Positions 59,842-64,000 of a stretch of 64,000 nt of DNA are shown here, piece by piece. The translations under genes and the position numbers were made by a program. The notes under the pieces were generated by a model that ran no database searches, was not told the origin of the DNA, and worked only from the letters and a program-made list of their open reading frames with translations. Every line of letters starts with the position of its first letter. Positions within the stretch are counted from its first letter, which is position 1. This stretch comes from Haplodiscus bocki. Its lineage: Eukaryota. The stretch covers positions 32,054,001 to 32,118,000 of the forward strand of contig OZ296659.1 in NCBI GenBank assembly GCA_965655095.1, given 5' to 3'.

Positions 59842-62800
59842 ATGATAATGAATAACGAGGATAAAAATTTATCACGAAATAGGAAGAGAAGAATTGAACA
59901 AAAAATTAAAAAAGATGATAAATTGGAATTATTTTTAAATGAAACTAAAACGGAAAAGAAAAATAAATCTAATGATAAATTTAAACAATTGGAAATTGAA
60001 CTAGTTGAATTAAAATATGCTGATAAACCTGATAAATTATAGTCTGAATTGAAAGAATTAAAGAATTATCTCGTTGTTATAAAAATCTTTACATGAGAAA
60101 AAAATGAAATATTACTAGAAGGTACTGGAGAATTGGAAATAATTGGTGAATTATCAATTGCTGACCACATTCGCCATACACACATTAGATTTATATTTGT
60201 TACTGATTATGAAAGTTATATTAACGTTATTGATGAAGATTATGAATCTGAATATGCTAGTTTCAATGGTTATATTCAGAAATTAGATACACCACAATTT
60301 ATTCTAGTTAATAGATAATAATATAGTAACGGATGTGATTTCAAACATCAAATTACCAAATATCGAGGAAACAATTGTTTTATATCAACGAAAGCTTATT
60401 GTTTTGTCAAGTCTATTAACTGGCAAAGATTACAACCAAAAATATCTAGATTTTATCAGAAATGAAAATAAACGATCAAATAGGATGACTAAATCTAGAA
60501 GTCAACCTCTTTGTAGATCAGACAAAATTTTGATAGGATGATTCGATGGAATAAGAGTCTTTCCTAGAACAGTTACGGGTAGAGATAATGCTTTGTTTTT
60601 ACACAACAAGCTTTTTGGTATAATATGGAAATCTGAAAATGTTAGTTATAATCAAGGTTTTAAAGGAATGATAGACAATTTTAAAATAGATGATAATTAT
60701 ATAACTCAAGAAAATGTCAAATCTCACTTTGAATATATATACACTCCTGAAAAACTTTGACTAATTGTATCATATATGATTTAGAAACACATAATACTGA
60801 TAAAGCAAAACCATATGTATTTTGTTTTTATTGGTTGAGTAAACTAGCCGGAAGATACAATCGCGATTTAAAACGATATGACTATGAAAAAGGTAAAAAG
60901 GATACTATTTTGTTTGATGGTGATAATTGTTTAAGAAATGCTTGAGATTTTTGTTTAAAATTAAAAGCGGAAAAAAGAAAAGTAAAAAATAAAATCGTCG
61001 AAAACAGCCTTCAATTACACGCTCACAAAGGATCGGGTTTTGATTAGTGCATATTATTAAATAATCTTTCCAGTGATAATCACATTGTTAATATAATCAG
61101 AAACGGCAAAGGTATTATAGAATTGAAACTTTTCAACGGATATATTGCAAACAAACAAACTCCACAATATTTACATTTCAGATATGGTACGACATATTTA
61201 AATTACCCATTGAAAAAATTAAGAAGAACTTTCAAATTACAAAAAAAGTATTAAAAACTGAAATGAATCATGATGAAGTAGATTGTAATATTAACAAAGA
61301 TAAAAAGGATGAGTGGTTGGATTATGTTAAACAAGATGTGTTATGTACTGTTTTTAGTTATGCTAGATATCTTGAAGCTATGGAAGAAATTATTGGATTT
61401 ACTTTGAAAGATTCTTTATCAGCGCCGGGACTAGGATGGAAATAGTTTAATAGTTTCAGAAAAAAAGAAGTTGAACCGATTTATACAAATAATGACAAAT
61501 ACATGAGACACTCTGTACGATCATCTATAAAATGAGGACGTGAACGTGCTTTCAATCATAAACATGAATCAAAAATTTGTCATGATGTTTGCAAAATCCT
61601 ATCACAAGAACTAAAATTTAGAAGAAATGTGTATGGAAAAATACATCATTAAAAAACTGGGTGAACTTCCAATTCATCAATTATTATAACAATTAAGTTT
61701 GAACTGGTTATTATGGGATTATGATGCTAATGGTTTGTATCCTAGTGCTATGGAGGATGAAAAATGAATTTATCCAAAAATAGAAACGGGGTATACTTAT
61801 ACAAAAGATATGAATGAGGAAATCGTTAAAAAATTCAATTAATGGAATTTCACACAAGGAGGCGCAATTTTAAAAATCAAATATTATAATCCAAAAAAGT
61901 TAATCGTTCAACATCTCCCTGTTGAGGAACAAGTAAATAAAACAGAAAATAATAGAACGCGTAATGGTTATATTGTAGATACTTTAACTTCTGTTGATAA
62001 TCAACAAATTGTTAAAATTGGTTGAAAATTGATTCGAATTTATGAAGGTGTTATTTATCGAGAAAATTCAAGATATCTCCTTTTAAAAAAGTAATTGATA
62101 AATTGTTTGAATCACGACAAAAATATAAAGATGAAAATAATGATGTTATGCAATTGTTAGTTAATTTGATTATGAATAGTTTATACGGACAACAGATACG
62201 CAAAAAAATTGAAAAAAATTACGAATACAAATCAGAACATTGGATGTTGACAGAATATGATAAACGAGTTTTACATTATCAAGAAATTAATCATGGTATT
62301 TACATTGCGAAAATGACAGATGACGCTGGATTGGAAGTTGAAGTAAAAAAAGTCAAAACCATGCCTCTTCACCTCGGAAGCTTTGTTCTAAGCACTAGTA
62401 AAAGAATTATGAATAATTTTATACATGCTATTGATGGAACTTATACAAACGATTTCTATTACGAGGGTACTGATAGTATGTATTTTGAAAACACACATTG
62501 GGATAAATTAGATAAAACTGGATTAGTTGGAAAAAGCGATTACAAGGAAAAAATTATTATAAAGATGGTGGTATTTGGTATGGTTTATTTTTAGCTCCAA
62601 AAATGAAATAATACCTAACTATAAACAATTTCGGTGTTATAGATGAACACAAAACTTTTAAAGGATTTACAATTAGACGTGATAAATTAGTTGGAAAAGA
62701 ATATATTAATATGGCAAGTGGTGGGAGGTTGGTAGCAAAAGTTGGAAAAAATCATTTTTTCAAAGAGCTGTAATTCCACATAAAATAAAAGATTGTGGTG

Positions 62801-62940
62801 ATTGTAAAAAAGATCTTCTCTGTGATAATTGTGATAAAATACTAAATCAAAAGAAAAAATTCTCAGCAAATTTAAATGATATGAACAGACAATTTCCTAA
62901 TATATTTGGTCATAGGCCACCTAAGTATATAACAACATGA
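59842..62940 (+). pseudogene. Protein-primed family B DNA polymerase (pPolB)
   Basis: ExoI IIYDLET, ExoII AHKGSGFD, ExoIII YVKQDV, PolA DANGLYPSAM, PolB LIMNSLYG, PolC YEGTDS, FLAPK; C-terminal CxxC..CxxC; TGA at 62938-62940. Confidence 0.92.
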
Positions 62941-63986
62941 ATGTGATAATTTTATTTCTCTATTTGAGAATGAAAAAAAATCAAAGAAATAAGTTATACT
63001 CAACAGATTTTACCGTTGAATAACAATTTCTTTGAATTTCCCAATAATGTTAATAGACATAGGGTTCAAAATTTCATGGTAAACTAATTTTTTAACGGGC
63101 AATTGTATAATATATCACACATTGTTGTAGCCTAAAATTTTATATTCTGTACATGTTTAAGGTATGTCGACATTACTGACTTTGTCAATTTTCTCGAAGA
63201 ATACATTAGATACAAGACTGAAATTTTCAGGCTAAACTACTTTTTTAACGAGCCATCGAATGATACATCGCTCTTTGTTGTAGCTTAAAATTTTATAACC
63301 TCTACATGTTCAAGGTATGTCGACATTTTCTGATTTTGTCAACCTCTGTCGAAGAATATAATTTTTACAAAAACGTCACTTGCTAAGTTTGATGTCTAGT
63401 TTTCGAGCAGCTTACACGGTCCATTCCTGGTGACGTTCCCCAACGATCCAGTCAACTTTCTTAAGCATCAAGATATAGAGAGTTCCTCTGTATAGCTTTT
63501 GTGCATGATGTTGACAAAGACTGGGGAACGTTGGTTACAGTGAACCCCAAACATTGTGACTGCCAACCAAGCATAGTCTTAACTTTAGTCAAAGTCACAA
63601 ATACCACTAGGTTATATGAGGCAGAATAAAGATTGAAAATGTAGTTTACATATACATCGAATTGTGCTAGCGTCGTTGGTATACACATAAAATATTATGT
63701 CCACTTAGTTGTTTTTCTTCAGCCTCGGTTGGATGTAAAAATGCACGTGCAGTAATTTTTTGGTAATTCTATGTTTATGTAAATGTTAAATCATTTTTCC
63801 ACGTTTTCATATGATAGGAAAAAAAGGCGAAGCTCGATAGAGCTGAGCAATAATATAAGCGAGAGGCGGGGTGAGTGAAGCGAACGAGCCGGTGAGTGAG
63901 CGGAGCGAACGAGCGAACGGGTATAATGTCGGATACATGACTGGCTCGAGCAAAAGCGAGAGTTAGTCATGTATCTGCAATATACT
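62853..63986 (-). repeat. Right terminal inverted repeat (~1.13 kb)
   Basis: Ends ...GCAATATACT and matches the left TIR in reverse complement. Confidence 0.95.
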
Positions 63987-64000
63987 ATATTAATCCGTTG

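Larger units (their letters stand above)
45831..63986 (+). mobile_element. Full-length degenerate Polinton/Maverick (adintovirus-like endogenous virus), ~18.2 kb
   Basis: Long TIRs starting AGT and ending ACT; pPolB, rve integrase, A32 ATPase, adenain protease, major and minor capsid. Nearly all genes carry stops or frameshifts. Confidence 0.95.

Noticed and set aside
63461-63688. 75-aa ORF within the right TIR
   Set aside because: The left TIR copy has an indel breaking the same frame, and it has no recognisable motif.
45825-63992. 6-bp target-site duplication of the Polinton
   Set aside because: The flanks AAAAAT and ATATTA do not match, and shifting the ends by 1-2 nt does not produce a match.

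Overview
AT-rich, intron-containing animal genomic DNA that is mostly layered viral and transposon relics around one host gene. The repeat families resemble those I associate with acoel worms, which is an inference. (1) 1-~7.8 kb: decayed 3' half of an LTR retroelement carrying a class III (herpes gB/chuvirus G-like) envelope relic. (2) 8.7-10.7 kb: Ty3/Gypsy gag-protease relic. (3) 11.06-26.89 kb (+): last seven exons of a MEGF10/11/Draper/CED-1-like multi-EGF type I receptor. It has a duplicated exon module, a probable GC-AG intron, PTAP/PPxY/NPxF tail motifs and a 5.7-kb antisense LTR element in its last intron. (4) 28.6-30.1 kb: gag fragment and a hairpin-rich repeat. (5) ~31.5-38.3 kb (+): heavily eroded Polinton/Maverick of one family (pPolB, integrase, minor capsid, membrane proteins, packaging ATPase, major capsid). 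(6) 38.3-45.8 kb (-): orphan virus-like relics, including a possible two-barrel RNA polymerase catalytic motif and an apparently perfect 1315-bp tandem duplication. (7) 45831-63986: full-length (~18.2 kb) but pseudogenised Polinton/adintovirus of a second family. It has ~1.13-kb TIRs ending in hairpins and a complete virion module. Its integrase is interrupted by a ~0.5-kb piece of another Polinton's minor-capsid locus. All homology calls come from motif recognition by eye; no searches were run.
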